The notes under the pieces: generated by a model
Seen by the model: only the letters and a program-made list of their open reading frames with translations
Told to the model about the DNA's origin: nothing
Databases searched by the model: none
Origin: Cyanobacteria bacterium J06626_4
Lineage (GTDB): Bacteria > Cyanobacteriota > Cyanobacteriia > Phormidesmidales > Phormidesmidaceae
Length of the DNA stretch: 42,620 bases
Assembly (NCBI GenBank): GCA_038523235.1
Contig: JBCBJQ010000047.1
Span: forward strand, 1 to 42,620
Direction of reading: 5' to 3'
In this document: piece after piece, positions 41,860 through 42,620 of the stretch
Position numbering within the stretch: position 1 is the stretch's first letter
Layout of the letters: each line of letters opens with the position of its first letter
Translations under genes and position numbers: made by a program

Positions 41860-42402
41860 TTACTTGCTTTTGCAGGGTGCCGATTTCAGCCTGGCTTTCA
41901 ACTTCGACAAATCGCCGATCGCCTCTAAGATATCGTCGCTAATATCTTGAGCCCAAAAATCCATCGAATCTTCCAACACAGCAATAAACTTCTCAAACTT
42001 CACTAAGAGTTCAGTCTTTTGATCAGGCAAATTAGTTCTGCCGTTGGTGTAACCGCCGATAGCAGCATCACCGTAAAACAGCGCTGAGTTAGCTGTTGGC
42101 CCATCGTCTGGCGGGTCAGATAGCATCGGGTTCCACCCCTGCACTGAGTCATTATCGTATGGCAGCACTGAGTCAGTACCCGCGTCGCCATGGGATTGAC
42201 CTAAAACTTCATGGTGCCAACGGCTGGGTCGCCCCGGCATTTCCGGGTTGGTAGAACATTGATCAACGCGACGATTCAACCCTTCCTTAAAGTAGCGAGA
42301 GGCTAACGCGGTCATCGAAACGTCTTCTTCTGAAGCTTTTGTCTTCAGATCATCGGCAAGGGCATCAGGCAATCGAAAACTTAGCAACCTTTTACTGCTC
42401 AT
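41860..42402 (-). CDS. hypothetical protein with an N-terminal ribbon-helix-helix (CopG/Arc-like) domain
   Basis: MSSKRLLSFRLPDALADDLKTKASEEDVSMTALASRYFKEGL fits the RHH pattern. Confidence 0.65.
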   Translation of the reverse strand: MSSKRLLSFRLPDALADDLKTKASEEDVSMTALASRYFKEGLNRRVDQCSTNPEMPGRPSRWHHEVLGQSHGDAGTDSVLPYDNDSVQGWNPMLSDPPDDGPTANSALFYGDAAIGGYTNGRTNLPDQKTELLVKFEKFIAVLEDSMDFWAQDISDDILEAIGDLSKLKARLKSAPCKSK

Positions 42403-42620
42403 TAGACGTACACAACACATCGGACTTTAAGACTAACGCAATAGTACAGATGAATCACACTCAAATCAAGATATTCCTCTCATGCAGACAAATTCTTGAA
42501 CCGACTCAACTGAACAAACCCAGCCTAGTGGTCTGTCAGTTCTCAATTTGTGGGTTGTTGACTTTCAGAACGATGGCACTCCGGATTGATGTCTGTCGGG
42601 CAAACGGTCAAGATGCTCGT

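Overview
Chromosomal segment of a cyanobacterium. The HIP1 octamer GCGATCGC recurs throughout, and hemH carries a CAB domain. It is probably a filamentous, non-heterocystous Leptolyngbya/Nodosilinea-type strain; nrtP in place of nrtABCD hints at a saline habitat (inference). Housekeeping content: Fd-GOGAT (glsF), pdxA, hemH, a TPP riboswitch-SSS transporter-thiC unit, an Hsp70-family gene, uspA, a SAM methyltransferase, and a nirA-nrtP-narB-narM nitrate assimilation operon with a class II NtcA promoter. Accessory content: (1) a P-loop ATPase plus degenerate-ATPase/TPR gene pair, with the ATPase split by a 1-nt frameshift; (2) a ~922-codon signal peptide-HEAT-TM-NACHT-like gene broken by one TAA at the exact centre of a perfect 27-bp palindrome, the signature of a template-switch mutation; (3) a PatX-like secreted peptide with a GGTGR variant motif and an upstream TCCGGA; (4) two foreign-looking cassette-like ORFs; (5) nested MITE-like elements, a small dispersed repeat embedded in heptamer repeats, and several long perfect inverted repeats. 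No rRNA, tRNA, CRISPR array, transposase or integrase was found. All calls come from reading the sequence; no searches were run.
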